This document shows, one piece after another, positions 47,708 through 61,004 of a stretch of 64,000 bases of DNA. Source of the DNA: Lingula anatina (Eukaryota; Animalia; Brachiopoda); contig CM120641.1 of the NCBI GenBank assembly GCA_051362555.1, forward strand, positions 32,494,401 through 32,558,400. Direction: 5' to 3'. Position 1 is the stretch's first letter. Every line of letters starts with the position of its first letter. A program made the position numbers and the translations under genes. A model generated the notes under the pieces. The model ran no database searches. It was not told where the DNA came from and saw nothing but the letters and a program-made list of their open reading frames with translations.

Positions 47708-49153
47708 CGGTAATTCTCCAATCTATACGAACGCCGCAATAATTACGAACGAAACGTTTTTTCTCTGAATCTGAATTTTTTGTCTCCGTTCTGTACGAAC
47801 GATCGCTAAACTCACCTTGGGCACAATTTAAATTTTCCGAACGCAAGAAAGTGTGCCCAATTGAAATTCGCCCCATGATTCGTCAAAGCGAGTTTTTAGA
47901 CCACCGTTCTAAACAAAGGAAGATTGTTATCATGTATTTGTGCTGTTTTTGAATGAGACGATAGAAGGACTCAACCTGCCCGCCGGCAGCTGCAGGCCAG
48001 TTTTAAAACCCTATTGTTATTTAGAAATTATTGAAAGCATCAGTACACATAAATTACTTACTGTTTATTATCATTTCTTAACTTCTGCCGGCCGACTAGA
48101 TCATCAACATCCACCATCGGTGTTTCACCGATATCTGGTTTCCAGTAAAATGTATAAACGTGAAACCCCACGCACAACAGAAGAGTATGAGAAATCCATA
48201 GTCAATGATCGAGTTTTTTATTTGTTTTTGGTAGTCATTCGGAAATTAATTTTTTTAAGAGAAGTTCCTTCTTGTATTGTACTGTATTTATTTTTCTAAT
48301 TTGAGTTGTGATAAAGTTCATGCTTTTTTTGTTTGTTTGTTTGTTTTTCCTTGTTAAAGACCTTGTCAACAACTATTAGGTAAACCACACTGATATTGGT
48401 GATTGTGAAAAATAAAGGTGCCGTATGACTTTATACAAATTTGCCTGCAGTTTTCTGTATTTTTTCTAATTAAGTTTACATTGATTGCGTGCAAATTAAT
48501 ATTCTGTAAAAGACTTTCATAAATAGACGTGAATTGAGCTGATGTTATTTTTTATATCAAGTATAATCTCTATTAACATCAGTGATATCTACTGTGAGGA
48601 GTTTCAAGTATTTTGTTTTGGCGGAAGAAATTTATGTAAGCCTAATGGGGGGTGACATTATTAATATTGCAAATTTTCTATATGTGAAATCATATTAAAA
48701 GTAAACACGCAATGAATAAAATATGCAACTGGATTCGCAAATATTCTTGTCTGTTTTTGACAGAAGTTGGGAAAAACGATGTTGTCCTGTCTTGGTAAAA
48801 CATAACAGGGAAAAACGATGTTGTCTTGTCTTGGGAGAAATGTAACTCTTTAGTATGAAGAAATTGTTGAATTCCCGACTTTTGTTTAGTTTGTTTTTAT
48901 TCATTGCAATATCGCAAGAATAATTTGTTTGTGCTAAAAGCTGATCACAGTGATTTAATCTGAAAGTAATGCTTACACTTAGCAATGTTAGGTAAGTGGA
49001 AATAACTTCCGGTACAGCCGTATTCCATTCGTATTTCAATGGATACGAACGCGTGGCAATTTTTAGCAGACTGAATTTCAAGCCTTACGAACAAAACGAT
49101 TATCTTCCAAAAATAATTAATTTAAATCGTTCGTATAGATTGGAGAATTACCG
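47708..49153. mobile_element. Non-autonomous TA-targeting DNA transposon (Tc1/mariner-pogo superfamily-like), 1446 bp
   Basis: Perfect 26-bp TIR CGGTAATTCTCCAATCTATACGAACG at 47708-47733 and its reverse complement at 49128-49153, TA on both sides; no transposase ORF. Confidence 0.8.
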
Positions 49154-49744
49154 TAGCTACATGTACTTCACTGACTGAGTTCATTATTGGCATTCAGTGA
49201 TTTAAAGAAGTGGAGCAATTAAGAGAAACTGCCTGTTAACATTACCACCGTGTTGTTAAACAAAGATCCACGCGCTGCACAACACAGAAGAAAGGGGCTG
49301 AGAAGTTGAAAAGTTTGAGATGTTTTGACATAACTTTTGACAGCCACCCCCCCCCCCCCACCCACCCACCCACCCAGAAGAAGGCAACATCTAGGGGCAC
49401 CATTCGAGTAGTTTCAATAACTTCTTCGCCATTAAACACCATTTGAATTTAGTGCATCTTTAATAAATCTACCAGTATTAGAATATACGTGTATATATAT
49501 ATATATACTATATTATATTTATATAGTGACACGGTTTCTGTGAATTTGTTGTTAGAAGTTGGAAGACCATGGGACGTGGATTCATATAATTTCTTTTGGA
49601 TCTAACAGCACTTGAATCCAAGAATCCAACGGTGCTCGGATTAACCGGTTCCTTAATGTATCCAATGACCCATCGGTAACGGGAGTATCGTGATGTGCAA
49701 CTATCAGCACAAAAATATTATCAGCATGCATGAATCTCTCTAGC

Positions 49745-49845
49745 ACTTACCTCACCTTGCTTCCTTTTCTGATCTTCCTGTCAATAAGAGTGCATACTTG
49801 AAAGCCCGAGTGACTTGAAAGCGCGGGAAAGCGAGTTTTGAAAAA
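49745..49845 (-). promoter_or_regulatory. Candidate TDRKH non-coding first exon and promoter with E2F and CHR-like motifs
   Basis: Minus-strand donors AAG/GTGAG/GTAAGT (49745-49756); GCGCGGGAAA 49821-49830; TTTGAA 49837-49842; CTTGAA at 49797 and 49814. Confidence 0.45.
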
Positions 49846-50000
49846 GACGAATAAATTTGTCATGTTGGGGTTTTCGTGTATGAATTTATATATTTAACCG
49901 CTGATAGTAAATTCACGAGCTATGGACAGTGTGCACATATGTCAGCTTTTGACCAGTGCACAAGTAGCCAGCAGATACTGAGTACCCAATGTGATTGATT

Positions 50001-50160
50001 GGGAAGTATCGGTGCGGGGGAGTATCGGTGTGGGGTCGTATCGATGCGCATAATACCAAAAATTACTGAGGGGGATTATCGGTGCGGGGAAGTATTGGTG
50101 CAGGGGAGTAATGGTGCGGGGGAGTATCGGTGTGGGTGAGTAACGGTGCGAGGGAGTAGG
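50001..50160. repeat. G-rich 16-bp tandem repeat (GGGGAGTATCGGTGCG consensus), about 8 copies in two blocks
   Basis: Units visible at 50001-50048 and 50071-50150. Confidence 0.8.
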
Positions 50161-50199
50161 CCTATCGACATGACCCCGCGAGGGGTGTGCCCCTCTTTA

Positions 50200-50750
50200 C
50201 AGTGGCGGATTTAGAGGGCTTGGGGGCTAACTCCCCTCTCCTCGATTTCTGAAAAAAAGGTCCTCTCTTGAATTTAGAATTTTGACTAGTTCTAAATCGT
50301 ACCAAATAGCACCGTTCAGCCTCTAAATTAGTCTAAAATAATAAAAAAAATTCGGGGCCCTTCAGCCGGCCCCGAACCCCACGCCAAGGGGGAGGGGGTG
50401 ATTTCGTATCCGCGGACCCCCCCCCCCTTTCAAAAAATCCTGAATATGCCCCTGTGAAGGCAAGATGCTTTTTTGCTTTAAATTAATATTGTTAAGTAAT
50501 TAAATTATATACTAGTAATTGATTCACAGTAGGCCTACATTTTCTATATCAAATGTTAAAATTTTTGATAGTTGACAGCGGCGGATTTAGAGGGGGTCAG
50601 GGGAGTCCGCCCCCCCCCCCCTTCGATTTCTGAAAAAAAATAACACCACTGGTCCCCGCTTGAAATTATAATTTTGACTAGCTGAATCATAGTTCTAAAC
50701 CGTACCAAATGGCACCGTTCGCCCTCTAAAATACCAATTTTTTCGGGGTC
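50200..50750. mobile_element. Two copies of a GC-rich MITE with CAGNGGCGGATTTAG termini (related partial copy at about 57160-57290)
   Basis: CAGTGGCGGATTTAG...CTGAATATGCCCCTG (50200-50455); second start at 50576; shared CGATTTCTGAAA and CGTACCAAAT..CACCGTTC. Confidence 0.6.
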
Positions 50751-53294
50751 CGAAAAGGGATAACAACTGTTCGTATGATATCCATATTTCACAAAAAATA
50801 CATTGTAAACAACTCGTAGAAATATAATAAATTCTGTTTATGTACATTATCCACTTTGTATGTTTTTGCTGGCTTCAGTGGCATTTGTAGCAGACGTGAC
50901 ACTGGCAAGCTAATGAATTTAGTGGGAGTGGGCACATAAACGAAACATTTAAAAACATAAAAGATTATTTTACTACAATGTGTAAGGACAAGGGATAAAA
51001 ACAGCATCCTTCTGTCTTGCTTCAAACAAAGATGTACTTTTTTGTGTGTGTATTGGGGGGGGGGGGGATAAACCTAGTTTGCTTATTACTCACAATGGAT
51101 ACAAACTTGACAATAAGACACTAGGAAGATTTAAAATTTATGTCTATTTAAACATTTTAAAAATCAAATAGGCCTACATAATTTGCAGAGTTAAACTAAA
51201 ACTGTGAACACATCTCATTTATTGTTTTTCAAATGTTTAAATTGCAGACTGATACAGATCGTCTAATTAAAATGTAATACTCTTCAATAACTTCATTTAT
51301 GATTTAATTTTACATGATATCAGAACTTTCTTTCAACTTAAAATTCATCCCGGGAAAAAAATCTATATCATGAATTTCTGGGTACGTGCGGATAAAATTT
51401 AGTCCCAAAATATTACACGTCCCTATACTCCCGTTACCGATAGATACATAAAGGAAAAACTGAAAAAACGTCTTTTTAAATTTAAATACCGATGGATCCG
51501 ATTTTTACCACCGTCCTATATATTTGCGTTCCTATCGATACGACGTCCTCATAAACCCGCGTCCTTTAAATCCGCATACCTATAGATCCAAATACCGATA
51601 GATCCATCACAGGTACACTATTGCTCAAAATGGTCGGTATTCACCCCCATCAATTAAGAACTCGGTAAAAGTTGATGAAATAATGTTAAGAGTTTTACAA
51701 GTAAACCCTTCTTATTTTATACTGTGTATGATTTATTTGGGCATTCCATGAATGATTCTGCCTGATAACTGTCTTGTGTACTTGATAGACCACTACTGTA
51801 TGGTTGACAAACATACCCAAAGTTTGCAGGCAAAAATCGACGTAATTCACGCCTGCATATATATAGAAGTTATTTACATCTTGGGCATCATAACGAATTT
51901 ATGTCGTCCATGTAGTTTACTTTGATGAAGTTACGTGCGTACATTGCAGAATGGAGTAAATGATAGTAAACGATAGTAATTGGTAGACGTGTAGACGCGA
52001 ACGTACATGTATGTCTTGTTTAAAAACCTAATAAATATATGTATGAATAAATAAATAAATAATAAATATCAGGTTGTAATAAAGTCAGATCACTAAGTGG
52101 GTCAGTACTCGCAGCCAGACTATCACTCGAAAGCCATACCTGTATCTCAAATTGATATCGGCATTTTAGCCGATTAATTACGATGTCAGATAGAAAGATC
52201 TAACGGTACCTGGATCTAAAGATACGTAGGTTTATAGGAATCTGTTGGTGGATCTATCGGAACGTAAATATAACGAGACGTAAATCTATTGAGAAGTGTA
52301 TGTATAGAGACGTATCTATCGGGACGAATATTTTATTGGGACGTTTATCTATATGGCGGATCCCGAATTTCTTCAGAAAAACTGTCCACCACTGTAAAAA
52401 TGTTATAACAAATAATACACAGTTAAACATCAATACTTTAATTTCGTTGCTCTTAACATCAAATGTGGAACAACAAGTAAATAATAAAGCAAGCTTGTTT
52501 TGAAACCGTTTAGATCATTGGTATAATTTCAAGTAACTGTCCACATCCGACTTAAAATTCATTTCTGATCTAAAGAATTAAAGGCGCCATGAAGTATCAT
52601 CCATCAACAACACTTGAGAAAATCGGAAAAGCAGTGACATGCAACCATCTCTCGACGAATGACTGTGTGCACCCAGCAATTTTCAGGAGGAAAAAGATGT
52701 TAGTAAGGGTTACGGAAGGACTAAGATAATGATTTTCTCAAATGCCATGCTAAGAATTCCCCTGCCACCAGAGGCCCAATTTTTATAAATATTTTAATAT
52801 ATAAAAATATCTTAATATATCAAAATTCCAAATAATTGACAGACAGTGGACAATCATAACTGTAGGCAATACCAATGTTTCTTATGAGCAATTAACCCTG
52901 CAGGTTTCTCATGTCGACCCAAGACCCATATCTAGTGCAGCTTATGACGTCACCCGTAAGATGACATACGTGTAAATGTTAATCAATTTAGTCACTGAAC
53001 ACTGAAGATTTATCTGTTACCCAAAAGAATGTACGTTATGCAGTAAATAAGGAATTTTGGGCGAAGGGTGACAATATCCTTAAGCAATTAAATATATAAT
53101 ACACTAAATATATACATATGAAATGAGGATTACCCCACTTAAGGTAGCTTTAAAATAAGATATCAAACTACCTGTATATATCTAATTCATCTCGATGAAA
53201 TCACATCTATCAAACTTTTTTGAAGTATACCATAAACAAAATAAAATATCATTTATTAAGCATTTGCAATTATTTGTGAAAACTATTTACATAC

Positions 53295-54527
53295 TTGTGC
53301 GTATGCGTATATTGACAATATTTTCCACCATAGATTTACAGGTATTTCCAATAGAGTTAGACCCATTTGGTGCATCGGGTTTGTTATAACATGCATTGTG
53401 ATTCTCCGTAATCATTTGCCATGGTCCAAAATGTTTCAGTTCATTCATATATGAACTGGGTACATTATTCGATATTTGGTGTTTTGCATGTTATGAGAAA
53501 TGCCTCTAAAACGTAGACAGCAAAGATGACGCCAATCCCACATATTCCCTTCTGAAATAGATATCAAAACTAAGTCAAGATTTTTGTGAAGTTTTATATC
53601 TTATTACATATACTGCAATTATTACAGTCAACATTCAGTTTAATCTATTTGACATTATGTAAAGATTTAATGGGTAAACGTGAACATGATACCATTAGGT
53701 GTATGGAAATACCTGACGGTTATCATTGGAGGATGAAGGCTTAAAGTTGCTGCCTAAAAAGACTTTTGGTAGCCTACAAGTTCGAATTAAATCTTTGTCA
53801 TAGAGCATTGAGAGCAAAAGAAAAATTATAAAATGTATAAACAAATCTGTTGTAGCTAGCCTAAAAATCAAATTGTATGTTTACCAAAAAACTATGAAAG
53901 GAAATGGAATTGAGCCTTGCAAAACGAAATAATTTAAGTACTAGTATGCGCAGTACATGCTGGGATTTTACGACTCCCACCTGGCACGACAGTTGTCCTA
54001 TTTTGTGAAACTCTCTTGCATCATGAGTAAGAGTAGAGGTTTTTTAAAATTGCATTTGTCATCGCACACCGGGGGTATTAAACCCTTAATTGTTCACGTA
54101 ATGATATATTTTCTCCAAGTAGAAATTTAAAATATTTGTTTTCTTGCTCCCCTCTTCCCCATTTACAGTTTACTAACCTTGTTTTATCCCAGGAGTATGA
54201 ACAAGTAGGTCAAGGTCTGAAGAGAAGCTGTCCGTCTATCCCAGAAATGTAGTCAAAACCCAATGGTAAGCACTATGTTGTAGAAGTGGGCTGTCTCATG
54301 CACGTGGCAAAGAACCTGGCGTTGTTCATCAAAGGAGTATAGTCGAAGTCCGATACGAGGCACTCATCATATTCAGTGTCCTGTAAACAGAAATAAAAAC
54401 AGGATTAGGTTTCTTTCACTTCTCCTCCCCTCCCCTCCCCTCCCCTCCCCCACAACAAGAAAATTTACTTACCTTAAAATGTTAATCCAAGGGATGCAGT
54501 CAAAGTCCAAGGGGAGGCACTCTTCCA
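53295..54527 (-). pseudogene. Possible decayed exons of a multi-pass membrane protein gene (about 54473-54527, 54178-54380, 53295-53551)
   Basis: GT-AG bounded segments with hydrophobic peptides (TLTYLFILLG, GICGIGVIFAVYVLEAFLI) broken by frameshifts and stops. Confidence 0.3.
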
Positions 54528-55384
54528 CATTAAATGAAAAAAAAAATGAAAAAATGGACCAAAATAGTTCACACCCACATAAGTAAAACATGGTTTATTG
54601 TGTATCTTAGGTGGTTATATAACCATATAAAGTAATATGATTCAACTCCTTTGCATGGCTGTGTAGTATACTGAAAACACCCCTTTAACGGACGTAGATT
54701 TTTCAACTTGCTTTATTCATCTCAAAAACTCTGTGAAGTTTGCTGTCCAAAAATTTGGAAAAAATTTATATTGCAAAAAAGATGTTAAGGTTGATAAAAT
54801 ATCAGGTCAAGTTAAGAGATTGATTGAAACGGCTGAGCTAGAACACTTTGTTTGATGTAACAGACGTACGGTTTGGCTGTATCAGACATACTTGTACGAC
54901 GTACGACTGCAACGGACGTACATAAAAATTAAATGGCATTTATGAAGTACAGCAACTTTATTTACTAATTACACTGCTCTTAATCTATAGTTTTTAAAGT
55001 TCACATTTAAATAACATTAGAGTAGTTATGAACAACAACAATCTAAATCAAATAAATACAATTTTATTCATAGTAAAATAGCACTCTACATGATAAAACT
55101 ACTCATCTATGTGTAGAAGTTTATTAAATTCATTTTTTTAGATTAAACAAAACTGCTGAAAACCATGAATTAAATTCTCTTTTAAATTTCTTCAAACTTT
55201 TGCAAAATGATGGTAAAATTCTCAATGGTGAATGGTCGAATTCCTTTTAAAACAAGAGGACCTAAAACCACAAAAGATGGAGGCACACACTCCAGTTTTC
55301 CAGCTCTATTAGGTCAAAAGATTGACTAAGCAGATTTGGTGCCAGAAACTTCATTTTGATATGATGAGAGCTGAAATGTGAACA

Positions 55385-56458
55385 AGCCAAAAGGTAAAAC
55401 GGTTTTCCACTTATTGTGTAATTATCGGTGTTGCATATATGCTGAACAAAAGCGAAAAAACAAAACAAAAAACAAAAAAAAAAAAAAAAAAAACGGCATA
55501 ACTTTTGAAAAAAAGGCCCAATGATGCTGTGTCTGTACATAACAAGTGCATGATTCTTAAACTATTCCTACAAAGAAATAGGCAGGAACACTGTAAAGAA
55601 GACTGTCAGATGTTAAAGTTTACATTGACGGTTATCCATTTTTTTCTCCTGGAAGACCATCAAAAATGGAGGATGGATCAACAAAGATAACTTGGAATAC
55701 TGTCAGAAAATATCTTTGGATTCGTTCCTGTTGTTGACCGTGTTAGCTGCTTTGCATGATTAATATTCATTGTTGATTGTGCTATTATAAGCATTATTTA
55801 TTATTGCATTAAAATTGACAAAATGTATCTTTATTTTCTGTTGTTGTTTTTTTTTTTTGTCTGTACATTTGACAGCTTTGTTGCCTTGGTATATTAGCAA
55901 CTAACAATGTTGTTAGGATGCAGAAATGTCAAAAGAACAATTTGACGTATTTGACTAGTTCAATACTATATGAGACTGTTAACATGCCTTCGAATTGAAT
56001 CTGAGAAAAAGCCACTCATATACAAAATCATCAAAACTGAACCAATCAAGCTGATATTCAAACTCGACCTGTATTTTAGTAAGATTGTTCATTTCTGTGA
56101 ATTTCAAGACAATAGGGTGATCGGTTTTCCTCGACATGTGTTATCAGTGTTGCATTTTAATTCAACCTGTATTTTAGTAAGATTGATCACTCGATCATAT
56201 CCTGTAGGTTTTAAGACAAAAGGCTTATTGGCTTTCCCTGAAATGTGTTATCAGTATTGCATATATGCTGAAAAAAAGTGAAAAAACAGCATAACTTGAC
56301 CCAATAATGCTGATTTTCGAACTCGACCTGCATATTATGAATATTCATCAGTTCTGTAAGTTTCAAGCCAATAGGTAAAATGGTTTTCCACTTACCGTGT
56401 TATCGGTGAAAGTGCACGGCGGCGACGACAGACGCAGGTGAGGGCTAGCCTATATGTA
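55385..56458. mobile_element. Fragmented HINE-family copies (satellite monomers, inverted left end near 55858-55890, microsatellite end near 56416-56458)
   Basis: Same monomer and end motifs as 31708-36428. Confidence 0.7.
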
Positions 56459-56994
56459 CGAGGGTTGATTGATAAGTAGTGAGCCTCGTGTGGAAGGGGT
56501 TAAGCAGGGATATCCCTTTTCAGCCCTTCTATTCCCTGACTATTTAAAGGTGTGTAGCCGAAGTTTGGTGTCATTTGGTTAGTTTATGTCGACGAGGTAG
56601 CACTCTCAAATAAGCAAAGCAAGTGACTTTTGCAAAATGCCCCTGCTCACAAGTCTGTCATTGCCATGGCTGCAATCAACGAGCGTGGCTTTGAACTGAT
56701 AGAACATCCACCTTATTCGCCTGATCTTGCTCCTTCTGACTATTATCTATTTCCCAAATTGAAAAAGACCATTTCAGGTATTCACTTTGTGTCAGATGAT
56801 GACGTCATACGTGAAGTGGAGGGGTTGCTGAACGGCCAAGAGAAGGGCTTCTATAAAAGTGGCATAGAGGCTCTGAAAACTCGCTGGCAAAAGTGTATAG
56901 ATACTCAAGGAGACTTTGTTGAAAAATAAAGAAAAATACTTGTAAAATGTGTATCCCTTCCATATGAGGCTCACTACTTATCAATCAACCCTCG
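56459..56994 (+). mobile_element. Internally deleted mariner (536 bp) with C-terminal transposase remnant 56630-56929
   Basis: Perfect TIR CGAGGGTTGATTGATAAGTAGTGAGCCTC, TA duplication; peptide NAPAH...HPPYSPDLAPSDYYLFPKLK. Confidence 0.95.
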
Positions 56995-58139
56995 TACAGA
57001 CACGTGTCGTGTTGGCTTTGCACCTGCTTACGGCAGCAGAAAACGCAGCAGTGTGAGTGCACGCGCTATCAGACAGACCAGAAGTGACGCTGGGTCCCCT
57101 TCCCTTTGATGGAGGAAGAAAACGGCCGAGAAGGAGGCTCAAGAGGCAGAGAAAAGACGCGATGGGCATTGGTCCTTCCCCCCCCCCCCCCCCCCTTCGA
57201 TTTCTGAAAGAAATCAAAACGCCAAGGGTGGGGGGAAGGGTTGGCTTTGCATCCGCGGACCCCCCTTCAAATAATTCTGGATTCGCCCCTGCTTTAGCTT
57301 CTGAGGTATCCTTTTTTCCCCGTTTCCTCCATACTGCCCCCCCCTCCCCCCGAAAAAAAAGTTTCGCGAGATTCCGGAAACATCGTAATTGCACATAACT
57401 TTAAATCTCTTTTATGGTTATTTCTTTATTAGTAATTTTTCATCTTTTACCATGTGCAGATTTTACTTCGTTTAACATTATAATGTTTAGTTTAGTTGTT
57501 TAGTTGTCAGTTTAAGGATTGAAATCACTCTCATTTGCCATAGACTTTAAGAGGTTTATTGATACTGTAACAACCAGGAGGATATATTTCGGTAGTAACT
57601 ACAGAACATTAAAATTCTTAACTTAGGCCTATTATTGTTGTCTGTCTTAGTCTTTCTCTGAGTGATTTCAAATGAAAGACTCAGAAGGCGAATCTGAAAA
57701 AAAAACTTTAAATATTATGCGTTTTCGTTGAGGTTTTAATATAATTTATAGCTACCGTTCTACAGGGGGCAGTCTTGTGTCTCTGTCCTCTTTTTTTCTC
57801 TCAGCAAAATCCTGGATCCGACAATAATGACACTCCTGAGTTATAAGGTCTCAGCCATCATATTCAAATGTAAGCCACGCGACTGAGTCGAGATACGGCT
57901 GAAGATACCGGTAGTTGGCAAGCTGCTGTACGTACTGTTATCAGTGTGCCGTTTGCAAGGTCATACCGGACAGGAAAACGTTTACAAGAGTTTACACACT
58001 GCCGTGGGGAAAACGTTTATCAACGAAAGCCGTAAGTAAAAACCTGGTGCCGCTTATGTTAACACTTTATAGAGCTTTTTGGAGGGACGGTTTAAACGTT
58101 TTAACGGGCTACAAGAAGTTTGACGAAGTTGTTGCCTTT

Positions 58140-58562
58140 AACTGGGTTACCATGTCTAGATCGATGTACCTGGATCGACCCATCTCCAAGGGGTTTCTTG
58201 CTTTTAGCTTAAACAGCTCATATGTCTGGCACGCCTTCTGAAGCCGCTAAACGATGGTTATTTACCATCTAACAGCTTCAGTTGGCGTGCGAGACATCTA
58301 AGCCGCTGAAGTTGATAGCAATTTAGTGAGACCCCCTTAAAGATAGATCGATCCATAGTTAGTAACATAGTCTTTGGGAATGGTCTCTAAGACAAGGTTC
58401 CCACAGATTGTCAGCTTCCGGGAGCCGAGCGCGCACAAAATTTAATTACCCCCTTACAGCTTTGAGAAGGCGGTACAGACATTTAAGCCGGTTTAGCTGA
58501 CAGCAATCTACTGAGACTCCCCAGGGGGAGAGAGAGGTTTAAATATCTGTGGGAATGGTCTC
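58140..58562. mobile_element. Adjacent PIF/Harbinger-type MITE copies related to 15142-15356
   Basis: TAGATCGA motifs, GGGAATGGTCTC ends at about 58376-58388 and 58550-58562, shared interior. Confidence 0.55.
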
Positions 58563-59577
58563 TTTATCTTTTGCTGTGACGCGAGTTAGTGAATACAACT
58601 CTTTCATATTCTTTTACGTTATTTATTAACTATTACCAGTTGGTTCCCTCGACGCTTCTATTTAATTTCTCTTTCTATCTCTTTCAACCTCTAGCGGCTT
58701 TCTCTCCGATTAGATTACATTCCTTTGCTTTTAAAAGTACTATGAGAACATGTCAATCAATTCAGTTAGTCTACAAAGCTGTCCCCTTACTCGTAGCTGT
58801 CATTACTAGCATTACAGAAATACATGTCGCAGGTCGTTTGCAGATTGCTTGGTCGATTGATCCATATGAGTTATATAGGCTAAGTTCAGATTGTCACGTA
58901 TGGCCTGTCACTCACATTTCAAGTGAAGACGTAAAAGCAGCTGTATATTGCTGGTATATCTGCTAGAGTAAAGATATCTAAGGGCATTTCTAGGGCGATA
59001 AGGCTTAACAAACGCATGTGGCCTCTGCTGCTCCAGTTTCAGGGTAGTGTTTTATGTTGTAGACTTGTGAAGATTCTTTTGTCTATATAGCTACTTATAT
59101 TTGTCTGGTCTTACCAGCCAATATTTCGTCTGCTTGCAGTCAGACCTAGCCAGTCTATTGCAATAACATAGCTAATGAAACTGTTCTACACTTGTTGGAA
59201 TTAGAAATAGCGAGTCAGAAATTTACAGGTAAGTCCTTATCTAATCTGAACAAAAAGGAGAAAGTTTTTAATGTAGTTGTATACTTGTATATTATGTTGA
59301 TATTATCTAAAAAATAGATCAAGACAGCCTGAGCGTTCACTATTTGGCACACTAAAACAATTACATGTTTTGAAGTTTATATGTTATGAAGTTTATGAGC
59401 AAGATATTAAACACTAATTCAATCTCTGTGTATGCCCGTGACAGCCAACCAGTCGGAATGATTTTTTACTAACATTCCTATGACTGGATTAAAGCAATTT
59501 AAAATTATTTGTTTTACAGCAAACAAAAAAACAAATGCATCAAGTTTATCCTTTCTAAATTCCGTTACTATTCTCCT

Positions 59578-59668
59578 CTTTATGTAAAGACACATCGTGA
59601 CTGTTCATACATACTCGGTATAGCCATCACCTGTGTCTGTCGTCGCCGTCGACGCCATCACCGTGCCC

Positions 59669-59699
<31 letters not shown>

Positions 59700-60162
59700 T
59701 GTGTGTGAAATTATTATTTTTCTGTGACTTTGAGTAACCATGTGTCTGAAGCCCTGTGCAGTCCTTAGCAAAATGAAAAGTTTTCAGCTACCAGTTTACA
59801 AGGAAAATTTGTATTACTGCTTATTTGCAACAAATTTGCAAGAATAGCATCATAAGTTTGCAACATGTTTGCAATAGGATGGAAGATATAGTTTGGGCCC
59901 TAGGTTTGCAAGAAAGTCTCTGTGCGCAAAAAAATTTGCATCAAATTAGCAGCAAATTTGCAAGAACTTCTTAGGGTTGCAGTATGTGTGAAAGTATTAA
60001 TGTTTTTGCAAATTTGCCACAAATGTGCAGCAAATTCGTGGTGATAATGTTGTATATCATTAAGTAATATTGCATCAAAATTGACGAAAGCTTATTTTGT
60101 GCACTAGTATCATTGTTTTCTGCTTTGTGTCTGTACAATTGACGTCTTTAGTATCTTGTTTT
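59578..60162 (+). mobile_element. Diverged HINE-family copy in the opposite orientation
   Basis: TTTATGTAAAGACAC...ATAGCCATCACCTGTGTCTGTCGTCGCCGTCG start and TGTGTCTGTACAATTGAC..CTTGTT end. Confidence 0.6.
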
Positions 60163-60524
60163 GGCACGTTCCATATTTATGACCTTGGACATAATAACAT
60201 CCAAGTTATGACTTACTGGTGTTAAGTAAACAGCCTGTTATTGCATGTAATACGTAGCATTTAAAGGAGCTGACCACTGGGGGCTTTGAAATACAAACTA
60301 GAGCACAAGCACATATATGAACACAAACACAAACATATTGGTATGCTGAACATCCGTCTCTGTTTCAGCATGTTGACACTCGGTCTTCAGGTATGTCGCT
60401 TTTATCTGTTTGTCTAGCTAAATCAAGGGGATTTCTGTTTGTACCTACTACATAAGGACAGAGGGATTGGGGGCAAATAAACTGCCTGGGTGTTGTTGTA
60501 GGCCATCGAAAGCGATCCAGTACA

Positions 60525-60691
60525 CAGGGGCGGATCCAGAGATATTTTCTGACAGCCTTCCAAATTATCTTTGTTGATCCATCTTCCATTTTGACCGTTT
60601 TCCGACAGAAAAAATCAGCTACCCGTCAATGTAAACTTGAAAATCTGGCCGTCTTCCGGAAGACGCAGAAGACGGCCTCAATCTGCCCATG
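60525..60691. mobile_element. 167-bp MITE (CAGGGGCGGAT...ATCTGCCCATG); related copies at about 31871-32041 and 55600-55730
   Basis: Shared CCAGAGATATTTTCTGACAG..TCTTTGTTGATCCATC interior. Confidence 0.7.
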
Positions 60692-61004
60692 AGTAGAGTT
60701 TCTCTTTCTCCATCTCTCCGTCGGATCGATAAAGAAGGGAAGTTTTTCATGTAAGTAAAACTGAGCTTAAATTTTTGACTAGTTGACGACGTTGCGTCTC
60801 CTTCTCGGAGACTTCAGCTGGTTAACTGTGAATATAGGTAAGCTATCCTTAGTTTCTGTCCCATCTTCTGGACATTTACAAAATCAATCCACCTTGATCA
60901 CGCAACAAGACTAAAAATAGTTCACCTGTATTCTCACAAGACCGGCGTCAGTCCTGTATTAGATTTGAAAAACTCCCTGTGAAATGCGACTGGATGGCTT
61001 ACAT

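Noticed and set aside
48056-48130. Minus-strand GTAAGT donor as TDRKH first exon
   Set aside because: Lies inside a TIR element and lacks promoter motifs; 49745-49845 is the better candidate, though this one is not excluded
49525-52370. Degenerate GGATCTATNGG-type short repeats at about 49.55-49.7, 51.4-51.6 and 52.2-52.37 kb
   Set aside because: Probably fragments of another MITE family; boundaries and termini could not be defined
56981-57398. Overlapping 113-137 aa ORFs
   Set aside because: GC-rich MITE and poly-C sequence with few stops; no protein features
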